NCBI GenBank assembly: GCA_964016885.1
Contig: OZ024744.1
Coordinates: forward strand, 28,954,001-29,018,000
Length of the DNA: 64,000 nucleotides
From: Eledone cirrhosa
Taxonomy: Eukaryota
Reading direction: 5' to 3'
This document shows positions 14,201-28,500 of this stretch, piece by piece; position 1 is the first letter of the stretch; every line of letters starts with the position of its first letter. The position numbers were made by a program, and so were the translations under genes. A model generated the notes under the pieces. It searched no databases. It was not told the DNA's origin and saw nothing but the letters and a program-made list of their open reading frames with translations.

Positions 14201-16298
14201 TTACTCATTTCACACTGTAAAGTGGTCATGTAGGTGCCAAAACACGAAAGTACCCAGTCCACACTCTAAAGTAGTCGTGTAGGTATCACAGCAAAAAAAC
14301 CCAGTCCACACTGTAAAGTAACCATGTAGGTGTCACAACAAAAATCACCCACTCCACACTGTAAAGTAGTCATGTAGGTGTCACAATAAAAAGTACACAT
14401 TCCACACTGTAAAGTGGTCATGTAGGTGCCAAAACAAGAAAGTACCCAGTCCACACTGTAAAGTAGTCGTGTAGGTGTCAAAACAAAAAGCACCCATTCC
14501 ACACTGTAAAGTGGTCATGTAGGTGTCTCAACAAAAAGTACACAGTCCACACTGTAAAGTAGTCATGTAGAGGTCACAACAAAAAGCACCCAGTCCACAC
14601 TGTAAAGTGGTCATGTAGGTGTCACAATAAAAAGTAGCCAGTCCACACTGTAAAGTGGTCATGTAGGTGTCACAACAAAAAACACCCATCCCACACTGTA
14701 AAGTGGTCATGTAGGTGTCTCAACAGAAAGCACCCAGTCCACACTCTAAAGTAGTCATCTAGGCGTCACAACAAAAAGTACCCAATCCACATTGTAGAGT
14801 GGTCATTTAGGTGCCAAAACAAGAAAGTACCCAGTCCACACTGTAAAGTAGTCGTGTAGGTATCACAGCAAACAAAAACCCAGTCCACACTGTGAAGTAT
14901 CCATGTAGGTGTCACAACAAAAATCCCCCAGTCCACACTGTAAAGTGGTCATTTAGGTGTCATATCAAAGAGGAACCCAGTCTAAACTGTAAAGTAGTCA
15001 TGTAGAGGTCACAACAAAAAGCACCCAGTCCACACTATAAAGTAGTCATGAAGATGTCACAACAAAAAGCACCCAGTCCACACTGTAAAGTAGTCACGTA
15101 GGTGTCACAACAAAAAGCACCCAGTCCACACTGAAAAGTAATCATGTAGGTGTCACAACAAAAATCACCCAGTCCACACTGTAAAGTAGTCATGTTCGTG
15201 TCACAACAAAAAGCAGCCAGTCCAGACTGTAAAGTGGTCATTTCGGTGTCATAACAAAAAGTACCCAAACCACACTGTAAAGTAGTCATGTTGGTGTCAC
15301 AACAAAAAGCAGCCAGTCCACACTGTAAAGTGGTCATTTCGGTGTCATAACAAAAAGTACCCAAACCACACTGTAAGGTGGTCATGTAGGTGTCACAACA
15401 AAAAGCACCCAGTCACACTGTAAAGTAGTCATGTAGGTGTCACAACTAAAAGCACCCAGTCCACACTGTAAAATAGTCATGTAGGTGACACAGCAAAAAG
15501 CACCCAGTCCACACTGTAAAGTAGTCATGTAGGTGTCACAACAAAAGCACCCAGTCCACACTGCAAAGTGATCATGTAGGTGTCACAACAAAAGGTACTC
15601 AGTCCACACTGGAAAGTGGTCATGTAGGTGTCACAACGAAAAGCACCCAGTCCACACTGTAAAGTAGTCATGTAGGTGTCACAACAAAATACACCCAGTC
15701 CACACTGTAAAGTAGCCATGTAGTGTCACAACAAAATACACCCAGTCCACACTGTAAAGTGGTTATGTAGGAGCCAAAACAAAAAGGTACCCAGTCCACA
15801 CTGTAAAGTAGTCGTGTAGGTATCACAGCAAAAAACCCCCAGTCCACACTGTAAAGTAGTCATGTAGGTGTCACAACAAAAATCACTCAGTCCACACTGT
15901 AAAGTGGTCATCTAGGTGACATAACAAAAAGGAACCCAGTCCAAACTGTAAAGTAGTCATTTCGGTGCCATAACAAAAAGTGCCCAGATCACACTGTACG
16001 GTGGTCATGTAGGTTTCACAACAAAAAGCACCCTGTCCACACTGTAAAGTAGTCATGTAGGTGTCACAACAAAAAGCACCCAGTCCATACTGTAAAATAG
16101 TCATGTAGGTGACACATCAAAAAGCACCCCGTCCACACTATAAAGTAGTCATGTAGGTGTCACAACAAAAAGCACCCAATCCAAACTGTAAAGTGGTCAT
16201 GTAGATGCCACAACAAAAAGTACCCAGTGCACACTGTAAAGTGGTCATTTAGGTGTCATAACAAAAAGGAACCCATAAAAACTGTCAAGTAGTCATGT
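8095..16298. repeat. Near-identical tandem duplication with a 4361-bp unit (about 91 monomers); copy 1 lacks about 11 monomers near its start
   Basis: Nine ORF pairs are offset by exactly 4361 (8764/13125, 9231/13592, 9317/13678, 9905/14266, 10167/14528, 10674/15035, 11164/15525, 11365/15726, 11522/15883). Segment 8095-8215 matches 11931-12051. Confidence 0.92.
12150..13200. repeat. Tandem duplication of a 524-bp block (11 monomers)
   Basis: GTCACAACTAAAAGCAGCCAGTCCAGAC is at 12181 and 12705. TACCTAGTCAAC is at 12577 and 13101, and also at 8216 and 8740. Confidence 0.88.
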
Positions 16299-19200
16299 AG
16301 ATGTCACAACAAAGAGTACCCAGTCCACACTGTAAAGTAGTAATGTAGGTGTCACAACAAAAAGCAGCCAGTCCACACTGTAAAGTGGTCATGTAGGTGT
16401 CACAACAAAAAGCACCCAGTCGACACTCTAAAGTAGTCGTGTAGAAATCACACCAAAAAACACCCAGTCCACACTGTAACGTGGTCATGTAGGTGTCACA
16501 ACAAAAAGCACCCATTCCTTGCTGTAAAGTGGTCATGTAGGTGTCACAACAAAACCACCCAGCCCACACTGTAAAGTGTTCATGTAAATGTCACAACAAG
16601 AAGTACCCAATCCACACTGTAAAGTAGTCGTGTAGGTATCACAGCAAAAAACACGCAGTCCACACTGTAAAGTAGCCATGTAGGAGTCACAACAAAAATC
16701 TGCCAGTCCACACTGTAAAGTTGTCATTTAGGTGTCATATCAAAGAGGAACCCAGTCCAAACTGTAAAGTAGTCATGTAAAGTTCACAACAACAAGCACC
16801 CAGTCCACACTATAATGTAGTCATGAAGATGTCACAACAAAAAGCACCCAGTCCACACTGTAAAGTAGTCATGTAGCTGTCACAACAAAAAGCACCCAAT
16901 CCACACTAAAATGTAATCATGTAGGTGTCACAACAAAAATCACCCACTCCACACTGTAAAGTAGTCATGTTGGTGTCACAACAAAAAGCAGCCAGTCCAC
17001 ACTGTAAAGTGGTCATTTAGGTGTCATAACAAAAAGTACCCAAACCACACTGTAAGGTTGTCATGTAGGTGTCACAACGAAAAGCACCCAGTCACACTGT
17101 AAAGTGGTCATGTAGGTGTCACAACAAAAAGGACCCAGTCCACACTGTAAAGTGGTCATGTAGGTGTCACAATAAAAAGTAGCCAGTCCACACTGTAAAG
17201 TGGTCATGTAGGTGTCACAACAAAAAACACCCATCCCACACTGTAAAGTGGTCATGTAGGTGTCTCAACAGAAAGCACCCAGTCCACACTCTAAAGTAGT
17301 CATCTAGGCGTCACAACAAAAAGTACCCAATCCACATTGTAGAGTGGTCATTTAGGTGCCAAAACAAGAAAGTACCCAGTCCACACTGTAAAGTAGTCGT
17401 GTAGGTATCACAGCAAAAAAAAACCCAGTCCACACTGTGAAGTATCCATGTAGGTGTCACAACAAAAATCCCCCAGTCCACACTGTAAAGTGGTCATTTA
17501 GGTGTCATATCAAAGAGGAACCCAGTCTAAACTGTAAAGTAGTCATGTAGAGGTCACAACAAAAAGCACCCAGTCCACACTATAAAGTAGTCATGAAGAT
17601 GTCACAACAAAAAGCACCCAGTCCACACTGTAAAGTAGTCACGTAGGTGTCACAACAAAAAGCACCCAGTCCACACTGAAAAGTAATCATGTAGGTGTCA
17701 CAACAAAAATCACCCAGTCCACACTGTAAAGTAGTCATGTTCGTGTCACAACAAAAAGCAGCCAGTCCAGACTGTAAAGTGGTCATTTCGGTGTCATAAC
17801 AAAAAGTACCCAAACCACACTGTAAAGTAGTCATGTTGGTGTCACAACAAAAAGCAGCCAGTCCACACTGTAAAGTGGTCATTTCGGTGTCATAACAAAA
17901 AGTACCCAAACCACACTGTAAGGTGGTCATGTAGGTGTCACAACAAAAAGCACCCAGTCACACTGTAAAGTAGTCATGTAGGTGTCACAACTAAAAGCAC
18001 CCAGTCCACACTGTAAAATAGTCATGTAGGTGACACAGCAAAAAGCACCCAGTCCACACTGTAAAGTAGTCATGTAGGTGTCACAACAAAAGCACCCAGT
18101 CCACACTGCAAAGTGATCATGTAGGTGTCACAACAAAAGGTACTCAGTCCACACTGGAAAGTGGTCATGTAGGTGTCACAACGAAAAGCACCCAGTCCAC
18201 ACTGTAAAGTAGTCATGTAGGTGTCACAACAAAATACACCCAGTCCACACTGTAAAGTAGCCATGTAGTGTCACAACAAAATACACCCAGTCCACACTGT
18301 AAAGTGGTTATGTAGGAGCCAAAACAAAAAGGTACCCAGTCCACACTGTAAAGTAGTCGTGTAGGTATCACAGCAAAAAACCCCCAGTCCACACTGTAAA
18401 GTAGTCATGTAGGTGTCACAACAAAAATCACTCAGTCCACACTGTAAAGTGGTCATCTAGGTGACATAACAAAAAGGAACCCAGTCCAAACTGTAAAGTA
18501 GTCATTTCGGTGCCATAACAAAAAGTGCCCAGATCACACTGTACGGTGGTCATGTAGGTTTCACAACAAAAAGCACCCTGTCCACACTGTAAAGTAGTCA
18601 TGTAGGTGTCACAACAAAAAGCACCCAGTCCATACTGTAAAATAGTCATGTAGGTGACACATCAAAAAGCACCCCGTCCACACTATAAAGTAGTCATGTA
18701 GGTGTCACAACAAAAAGCACCCAATCCAAACTGTAAAGTGGTCATGTAGATGCCACAACAAAAAGTACCCAGTGCACACTGTAAAGTGGTCATTTAGGTG
18801 TCATAACAAAAAGGAACCCATAAAAACTGTCAAGTAGTCATGTAGATGTCACAACAAAGAGTACCCAGTCCACACTGTAAAGTAGTAATGTAGGTGTCAC
18901 AACAAAAAGCAGCCAGTCCACACTGTAAAGTGGTCATGTAGGTGTCACAACAAAAAGCACCCAGTCGACACTCTAAAGTAGTCGTGTAGAAATCACACCA
19001 AAAAACACCCAGTCCACACTGTAACGTGGTCATGTAGGTGTCACAACAAAAAGCACCCATTCCTTGCTGTAAAGTGGTCATGTAGGTGTCACAACAAAAC
19101 CACCCAGCCCACACTGTAAAGTGTTCATGTAAATGTCACAACAAGAAGTACCCAATCCACACTGTAAAGTAGTCGTGTAGGTATCACAGCAAAAAACACG

Positions 19201-19717
19201 CAGTCCACACTGTAAAGTAGCCATGTAGGAGTCACAACAAAAATCTGCCAGTCCACACTGTAAAGTTGTCATTTAGGTGTCATATCAAAGAGGAACCCAG
19301 TCCAAACTGTAAAGTAGTCATGTAAAGTTCACAACAACAAGCACCCAGTCCACACTATAATGTAGTCATGAAGATGTCACAACAAAAAGCACCCAGTCCA
19401 CACTGTAAAGTAGTCATGTAGCTGTCACAACAAAAAGCACCCAATCCACACTAAAATGTAATCATGTAGGTGTCACAACAAAAATCACCCACTCCACACT
19501 GTAAAGTAGTCATGTTGGTGTCACAACAAAAAGCAGCCAGTCCACACTGTAAAGTGGTCATTTAGGTGTCATAACAAAAAGTACCCAAACCACACTGTAA
19601 GGTTGTCATGTAGGTGTCACAACGAAAAGCACCCAGTCACACTGTAAAGTGGTCATGTAGGTGTCACAACAAAAAGGACCCAGTCCACACTGTAAAGTGG
19701 TCATGTAGGTGTCACAA
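14588..19717. repeat. Near-identical tandem duplication of a 2545-bp block (53 monomers)
   Basis: ORF pairs are offset by 2545 (15035/17580, 15525/18070, 15726/18271, 15883/18428, 16285/18830, 16533/19078). The junction is near 17133-17172. Confidence 0.92.
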
Positions 19718-20499
19718 CAGAAATACACAGTCCATACTGTAAAGTGGTAACGTAGGTGTCACAACAAAAAGCACCCAGTCCACACTGTAAATGATCATGT
19801 AGGAGTCAACAAAAAGTACCCAGTCCACACTGTAAAGTGGTCATTTAGGTGTCATAACAAAAAGTACCCAAACCACAGTGTAAGATTGTCATGTAGGTGT
19901 CACAACAAAAAGCACCCAGTCACACTGTAAAGTAGTCATGTAGGTGTCACAACCAAAAGCACCCTGTCCACACTGTAAAATAGTCATGTAGGTGACACAA
20001 GAAAAAGCACCCAGTCCACACTGTAAAGTAGTCATGTAGGCGTCACAACAAAAATCACCCAGTCCACACTGTAAAGTGGTCATGTAGGTGTCACAGCAAA
20101 AAACACGCAGTCCACACTGTAAAGTAGCCATGTAGGTGTCACAACCAAAAGCACCCAGTCTACACTGTAAAGTGGTCATGAAGGTGCACAACAAAAAGTA
20201 CCCAGTCCACACTGTAAAATAGTCATGTAGGTGACACAAGTAAAAGCACCCAGTCCACACTGTAAAGTAGTCATGTAGGCGTCACAACAAAATGTACCCA
20301 GTCCACACTGTAAAGTAGTCGTGTAGGTATCACAGCAAAAAACACGCAGTCCACACTGTAAAGTAGTCATGTAGGTGTCAGAACAAAAAGCACCCAGTCC
20401 ACACTGTAAAGTGGTCATCTAGGTGTCACAACAAAGAGCACCCAGTCCACACTGTAATGTAGTCATGTAGGTGTCACAATAAAAAGTACCCATTCCACA

Positions 20500-22545
20500 C
20501 TGTAAAGTGCGCATGTAGGTGTCATAACAAAAAGCACCCAGTCCACACTGTAAAGTGGTCATGTAGGTGTCTCAACAAAAAGTACCCAGTCCACACTGTA
20601 AAGTAGTGATGTAGGTCTCACAATAAAAAGTACAATGTCCACACTGTAAAGTGGTCATTTAGGTGTCATAACAAAAAGTACCCAGTCCACACTTTAAAGT
20701 GGTCATGTAGGAGTCAGAACAAAATGTACCCAGTCCACACTGTAAAGTAGTCATGTAGGTGTCACAACAAAAAGTACCCAGTCCACACTGTAAAGTGGTC
20801 ATGTAGGTGTCACAACAAAAAGTACCCAGTCCTCACTGTAAAGTAGTCATGTAAGTGTCACAACAAAAATTACCCAGTCCACACTGTAAAGTAGTGATGT
20901 AGGTCTCACAATAAAAAGTACCCAGTCCACACTGTAAAGTGGTCACGTACGTGTCACAATAAAAAGAACCCAGTCCACACTCTAAAGTAGTCATGTAGAT
21001 GTCACAACAAAAAGCACCCAGTCCACACTGTAAAGTGGTCATGTAGCTATCACAACAAAAAGTACCCAGTCCACACTGTAAAGTGGTCATGTAGGTGCCA
21101 AAACAAAAATGAACCCATTCCACACTGTAAAGTCGTCATGTAGGTGTCACAACAAAAAGCACCCATTCCTCACTGTAAAGTGGTCATGTAGGTGTAACAA
21201 CAAAAAGCACCCTTTCCACACTGTAAAGTGGTCATGTAGGTGTCTCAACAAAAAGTACCCAGTCCGCACTGTAAAGTAGTCATGTAGGTGTCACAACAAA
21301 AAGCACGCAGTCTACACTGTAAAGTGGTCATGTAGGTGTCACAACAAAAGGTACCCAGTCCACACTGTAAAGTAGTATTGTAGGTGTCACAACAAAAAGC
21401 ACCCAGTCCACACTGTAAAGTGGGCATGTAGGTGTCATAACAAAAAGCACCCAGTCCACACTGTAAAGTGGTCATGTAGGTGTCTCAACAAAAAGTACCC
21501 AGTCCACACTGTAAAGTAGTGATGTAGGTCTCACAATAAAAAGCACCCAGTCCACACTGTAAAGTGGTCATGTAGGTGTCACAACAAAAAGTACCCAGTC
21601 CACACTGTAAAGTAGTCATGTGGGTGTCACAACAAAAAGCACCCAGTCCACACTGTAAATGATCATGTAGGAGTCACAAAAAAAGTACAATGTCCACACT
21701 GTAAAGTGGTCATTTAGGTGTCATAACAAAAAGTACCCAGTCCACACTGTAAAGTGGTCATGTAGGAGTCAGAACAAAATGTACCCAGTCCACACTGTAA
21801 AGTAGTCATGTAGGTGTCACAACAAAAAGTACCCAGTCCACACTGTAAAGTGGTCATGTAGGTGTCACAACAAAAAGTACCCAGTCCTCACTGTAAAGTA
21901 GTCATGTCGGTGTCACAACAAAAATTACCCAGTCCACACTGTAAAGTAGTGATGTAGGTCTCACAATAAAAAGTACCCAGTCCACACTGTCAAGTGGTCA
22001 CGTACGTGTCACAATAAAAAGAACCCAGTCCACACTCTAAAGTAGTCATGTAGATGTCTCAACAAAAAGCACCCAGTCCACACTGTAAAGTGGTCATGTA
22101 TGTGTCACAAGAAAGAGGACCCAGTCCACACTGTAAAGTAGTCATGTAGGTGTCACGACAATAAGCACCCAGTCCACACTGTAAAGTGGTCATGTAGCTA
22201 TCACAACAAAAAGTACCCAGTCCACACTGTAAAGTGGTCATGTAGGTGCCAAAACAAAAATGAACCCATTCCACACTGTAAAGTCGTCATGTAGGTGTCA
22301 CAACAAAAAGCACCCATTCCTCACTGTAAAGTGGTCATGTAGGTGTAACAACAAAAAGCACCCTTTCCACACTGTAAAGTGGTCATGTAGGTGTCTCAAC
22401 AAAAAGTACCCAGTCCGCACTGTAAAGTAGTCATGTAGGTGTCACAACAAAAAGCACGCAGTCTACACTGTAAAGTGGTCATGTAGGTGTCACAACAAAA
22501 GGTACCCAGTCCACACTGTAAATTAGTATTGTAGGTGTCACAACA
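20500..22545. repeat. Imperfect tandem duplication of about 0.9-1.15 kb with whole-monomer indels
   Basis: The offset steps from about 913 to 1055 (TACAATGTCC at 20631/21686) to 1151 (ORF coordinates 21123/22274 and 21245/22396). Both copies share the rare variants CACGTACGTG and GTCCGCAC. Confidence 0.8.
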
Positions 22546-25500
22546 AAAAGTACCCAGTCCACACTGTAAAGTGGTCATGTAGGTGCCAGAACAAAAATGT
22601 ACCCAGTCCACACTGTAAAGTGGTCATGTAGGTGTCACAACAAAAAGTACCCAATCCACACTGTAAAGTAGTCATGTAGGAGTCACAATAAAAAGTACCC
22701 AGTCCACACTGTAAAGTGGTCATGTAGGTGTGATAACAATAAGTACCCAGTCCACACTGTAAAGTATTCATGTAGGTCTCACAATAAAAAGCACCCAGAC
22801 CACACTGTAAAGTGGTCACGTATGTGTCACAACAAAAAGCACCCAGTCCACACTCTAAAGTAGTCATGTAGGTGTCAGAACAAAAGGCACCCAGTCCACA
22901 CTGTAAAGTGGTCATCTAGGTGTCACAACAAAGAGCACCCAGTCCACACTGTAATGTAGTCATGTAGGTGTCACTACAAAAAGCACCAAGTCCACACATT
23001 AAAGTGGTCATGTAGCTATCCCAACAAAAAGTACCCAGTCCACACTGTAAAGTAGTCATGTAGGTGTCACAACAAAAAGCACCCAGTCCACACTGTAAAG
23101 TGGTCATGTACGTGTCACAACAAAAGCACCCAGCCCACACTGTAAAGTGGTCATGTAGATGTCACAACAAGAAGTACCCAATCCACACTGTAATGTAGTC
23201 ATGTAGGTGTCACAACAAAAAGCACCCAGTCCACACTGTAAAGTGGTCATGTAGGTGTCACAACAAAAGCACCAAGTCCACACAATAAAGTGGTCATGTA
23301 GGTTTCACAATTAAAATACCCAGTCCACACTGTAAACTAGTCATGTAGGTGTCACAACAAAAAGCACCCAGTCCACACTGTAAAGTGGTCATGTAGGTGC
23401 CAAAACAAAAAAGTACCCAGTCCACACTCTAAAGTAGTCGTGTAGAAATCACACCAGAAAACACCCAGTCCACACTGTAAAGTCTTCATGTAGGTGTCAC
23501 AACAAAAAGCACCCAGTCCACACTGTAACGTGTTCATGTAGGTGTCACAACAAAAAGCACCCAGTCCACACTGTAAAGTGGTCATGTACGTGTCACAACA
23601 AAAGCACCCAGCCCACACTGTAAAGTCTTCATGTAGGTGTCTCAACAAAACGTACCCAGTCCACACTGTAAAGTAGTCGTGTAGGTATCACAGCAAAAAA
23701 CACCCAGTCCACACTGTAAAGTAGCCATGTAAGTGTCACAACAAAAACCTCCCAGTTCACACTGTAAAGTGGTCATTTAGGTGTCATATCAAAGAGGAAC
23801 CCAGTCCAAACTGTAAAGTAGTCATGTAGCTGTCACAACAAAAAGCACCCAGTCCACACTGAAAAGTTATCATGTAGGTGTCACAACAAACATCACCCAG
23901 TCCACACTGTAAAGTAGTCATGTAGCTGTCACAACAAAAAGCACCCAGTCCACACTGAAACGTTATCATGTAGGTGTCACAACAAACATCACCCAGTCCA
24001 CACTGTAAAGTAGTCATGTTGGTGTCACAAAAAAAAGCAGCCAGTCCACACTGTAAAGTGGTCATTTAGGTGTCATAAGAAAAAGTACCCAAACCACACT
24101 GTAAGGTGGTCATGTAAGTGTCACAACAAAAAGCACCCAGTCACACTGTAAAGTGGTCATGTAGGTGTCACAACAAAAAGCACCCAGTTCACACTGTAAA
24201 TGATCATGTAGGAGACACAACAAAAAGTACACAGTCCACACTGTAAAGTGGTCATTTAGGTGTCATAACAAAAAGTACCCTCCACACTGTAAAGTGGTCA
24301 TGTAGGTGTCACAACAAAAAGCACCCATTCCACACTGTAACATGGTCATGTAGGTGTCTCAACAAAAAGTACCCAGTCCACACTGTAAAGTAGTCATGTG
24401 GGTGTCTCAACAAAAAGTACCCAGTCCACACTGTAAAGTAGTCGTGTAGGTATCACAGCAAAAAACACCCAGTCCACACTGTAAAGTAGCCATGTAGGTG
24501 TCACAACAAAAATCACCCAGTCCACACTGTAATGTGGTGATTTAGGTGTCATATCAAAGAGGAACCCAGTCCAAACTGTAAAGTATTCATGTAGAGGTCA
24601 CAACAAAAAGCACCCAGTCCACACTATAAAGTAGTCATGAAGATGTTACAACAAAAAGCACCCAGTCCACACTGTAAAGTAGTCATGTTGGTGTCATAAC
24701 AAAAAGCAGCCAGTCCACACTGTAAAGTCGTCATGTAGGTGTCACAAAAAAAGCAACCAGTCCACACTGTAACGTGGTCATGTACGTGTCACAACAAAAA
24801 GGAACCAGTCCTTACTGTAAAGTGGTCATGTAGGTGTCACAACAAAAGCACCCAGCCCACACTGTAAAGTGGTCATGTAAGTGTCACAACAAGAAGTACC
24901 CAATCCACACTGTAAAGTTGTCATGTAGGTGTCACAACAAAAAGCACCCAGTCCACACTATAAAGTGGTCATGTAGGTGTCACAACAAAAAGTACCCAGT
25001 CCACACTGTAAAGTAGTCATGTAAGTGTCTCAACAAAAAGTACCCAGTCCACACTGTAAAGTAGTCGTGTAGGTATCACAGCAAAAAAGTCCCAGCCCAC
25101 ACTGTAAAGTAGCCATGTAGGTGTCACAACAAAAATCTGCCAGTCCACACTGTAAAGTGGTCATTTAGGTGTCATTTTAAAGAGGTACCCAGTCCAAACT
25201 GTAAAGTAGTCATGTAGATGTCACAACAAAAAGCACCCAGTCCACACTGTAAAGTGGACATGTAGGTGCCAAAACAAAAAAGTACCCAGTCCACACTCTA
25301 AAGTAGTCGTGTAGAAATCACACCAAAAAACACCCAGTCCACACTGTAAAGTCGTCATGTAGCTGTCACAACAAAAAGCACCCAATCCACACTGAAAAGT
25401 AATCATGTAGGTGTCACAACAAAAATCACCCAGTCCACACTGTAAAGTAGTCATGTTGGTGTCACAACAAAAAGCAGCCGGTCCACACTGTAAAGTGGTC

Positions 25501-28500
25501 ATTTAGGTGTCATAACAAAAAGTACCCAAACCACACTGTAAGGTGGTCATGTAGGTGTCACAACGAAAACACCCAGTCACACTGTAAAGTGGTCATGTAG
25601 GTGTCACAACAAAAAGGACCAAGTGCACACTGTAAAGTGGTCATGTAGGTGTCACAACAGAAAGTACCCAGTCCACACTGTAAAGTGGTAACGTAGGTGT
25701 CACAACAAAAAGCAACCAGTCCACACTGTAAATGATCATGTAGGAGTCACAACAAAAAGTACCCAGTCCACACTGTAAAGTGGTCATTTAGGTGTCATAA
25801 CAAAAAGTACCCAAACCGCACTGTAAGATGGTCATGTAGGTGTCACAACAAAAATCACCCAGTCACACTGTAAAGTAGTCATGTACGTGTCACAACCAAA
25901 AGCACCCTGTCCACACTGTAAAATAGTCATATAGGTGACACAAGAAAAAGCACCCAGTCCACACTGTAAAGAAGTCATTTAGGTGTCACAACAAAAGTAC
26001 CCAGTCCACACTGCAAAGTCGTCATGTAGGTGTCACAACAAAAAGTACCCAGTCCACACCTGTAAAGTGGTCATGTAGGCGTCACAACAAAAAGCACCCT
26101 GTCCACATTATAAAGTGGTCATGTAGGTATCACAAAAAAAAGCAGCCAGTCCACACTGTAAAGTGGTCATGTAGATGTCACAATAAAAAGCAGCCATTCC
26201 ACACTGTAAAGTGGTCATGTAGGTGTCTCAACAAAAAGTACACAGTCCACACGGTAAAGTAGTCATGTGGGTGTCTCAACAAAAAGTACCCAGTCCACAC
26301 TGTAAAGTAGTCGTGTAGGTATCACAGCAAAAAACACCCAGTCCACACTGCAAAGTGGTCATATAGGTGTCACAACAAAAAGTACCCAGTCCACACTGTA
26401 AAGTGGTCATGTAGGTGCCAAAACAAAAATGTACCCAGTCCACACTGTAAAGTCGTCATGTAGGTGTCACAACAAAAAGCACCCAGTCCTCACTGTAAAG
26501 TGGTCATGTAGGTGTCACAACAAAAAGCACCCTTTCCACACTGTAAAGTGGTCATGTAGGTGTCTCAACAAAAAGTACCCAATCCACACTGTAAAGTAGT
26601 CATGTAGGTGTCACAACAAAAAGCACCCAGTCTACACTGTAAAGTGTTCATGTAGGTGTCACAACAAAAAGTACCCAGTCCACACTGTAAAGTAGTCTTG
26701 TAGGTGTCACAACAGAAATTACCCAGTCCACACTGTAAAGTGGTCATGTAGGTGGCAAAACAAAAATGTACCCAGTCCACACTGTAAAGTGGTCATGTAG
26801 GTGTCACAACAAAAAGTTCCCAATCCACACTGTAAAGTAGTCATGTAGGTGTCACAACAAAAAGTACCCAGTCCACACTGTAAAGTGGTCATGTAGGTGT
26901 CATAACAATAAATACCCAGTCCACACTGTAAAGTATTCATGTAGGTCTCACATTAAAAAGCACCCAGACCACACTGTAAAGTGGTCACGTAGGTGTCACA
27001 ACAAAAAGCACCCAGTCCACACTCTAAAGTAGTCATGTAGGTGTCACAACAAAAAGCACACAGTGCACACTGTAAAGTGGTCATCTAGGTGTCACAACAA
27101 AGAGCACCCAGTCCACACTGTAATGTAGTCATGTAGGTGTCACTACAAAAAGCACCAAGTCCACACTGTAAAGTGGTCATATAGCTATCCCAACAAAAAG
27201 TACCCAGTCTACACTAGAAAGTTGTCATGTAGGTGTCACAACAAAAAGTACCCAGTCCACACTGTAAAGTGGTCATGTAGGTGCCAAAACAAAAAAGTAC
27301 CCAGTCCACACTGTAAAGTCGTCATGTAGGTGTCACAACAAAAATCACCCAGTCCACACTGTAACGTCGTCTTGAAGGTGTCACAACAAAAAGCACCCAG
27401 TCCACACTGTAAAGTGGTCATGTAGGTGTCACAACAAAAGCACCCAGCCCACACTGTAAAGTGGTCATGTAAGTGTCACAACAAAAAGTACCCAGTCCAC
27501 ACTGTAAAGTAGTCATGTAAGCGTCACTTCAAAAAGCACCCAGTCCACACTGTAAAGTGGTCATGTAGGTGCCAAAACAAAAAAGTACCCAGTCCACACT
27601 CTAAAGTAGTCGTGTAGAAATCACACCAAAAAACACCCTGTCCACACTGTAAAGTCGTCATGTAGGTGTCACAACAAAAAGCACCCAGTCCACACTGTAA
27701 AGTGGTCATGTAGGTGTCACAACAAAAGCACCCAGCCCACACTGTAAAGTGGTCATGTAGGTGTCACAACAAGAAGTACCCAATCCACACTGTAAAGTAG
27801 TCGTGTAGGTATCACAGCAAAAAACACCCAGTCCACACTGTAAAGTAGCCATGTAGGTGTCACAACAAAAATCTCCCAGTTCACAATGTAAAGTGGTCAT
27901 TTAGGTGTCATATCAAAGAGGAACCCAGTCCAAACTGTAAAGTAGTCATGTAGAGGTCACAATAAAAAGCACCCAGTCCACACTATAAAGTAGTCATGAA
28001 GATGTCACAACAAAAAGCACCCAGTCCACACTGTAAAGTAGTCATGTAGCTGTCACAACAAGAAGCACCCAGTCCACACTGAAAAGTAATCATGTAGTTG
28101 TCACAACAAAAATCACCCAGTCCACACTGTAAAGTAGACATGTTGTTGTCACAACAAAAAGCAGCTAGTCCACACTGTAAAGTCGTCATTTAGGTGTCAT
28201 AACAAAAAGTACCCAAACCACACTGTAAGGTGGTCATGTAGGTGTCACAACAAAAAGCACCCAGTCACACTGTAAAGTGGTCATGTAGGTGTCACAACAG
28301 AACTACCCAGTCCACACTGTAAAATGGTAATGTAGGTGTCACAACAAAAAGCACCCAGTCCACACTGTAAATGATCATGTAGGAGACACAACAAAAAGTA
28401 CCCAGTCCACACTGTAAAGTGGTCATATAGGTGTCATAACAAAAAGTACCCAAACCACACTGTAAGGTGGTCATGTAGTTGTCACAACAAAAAGCACCCA

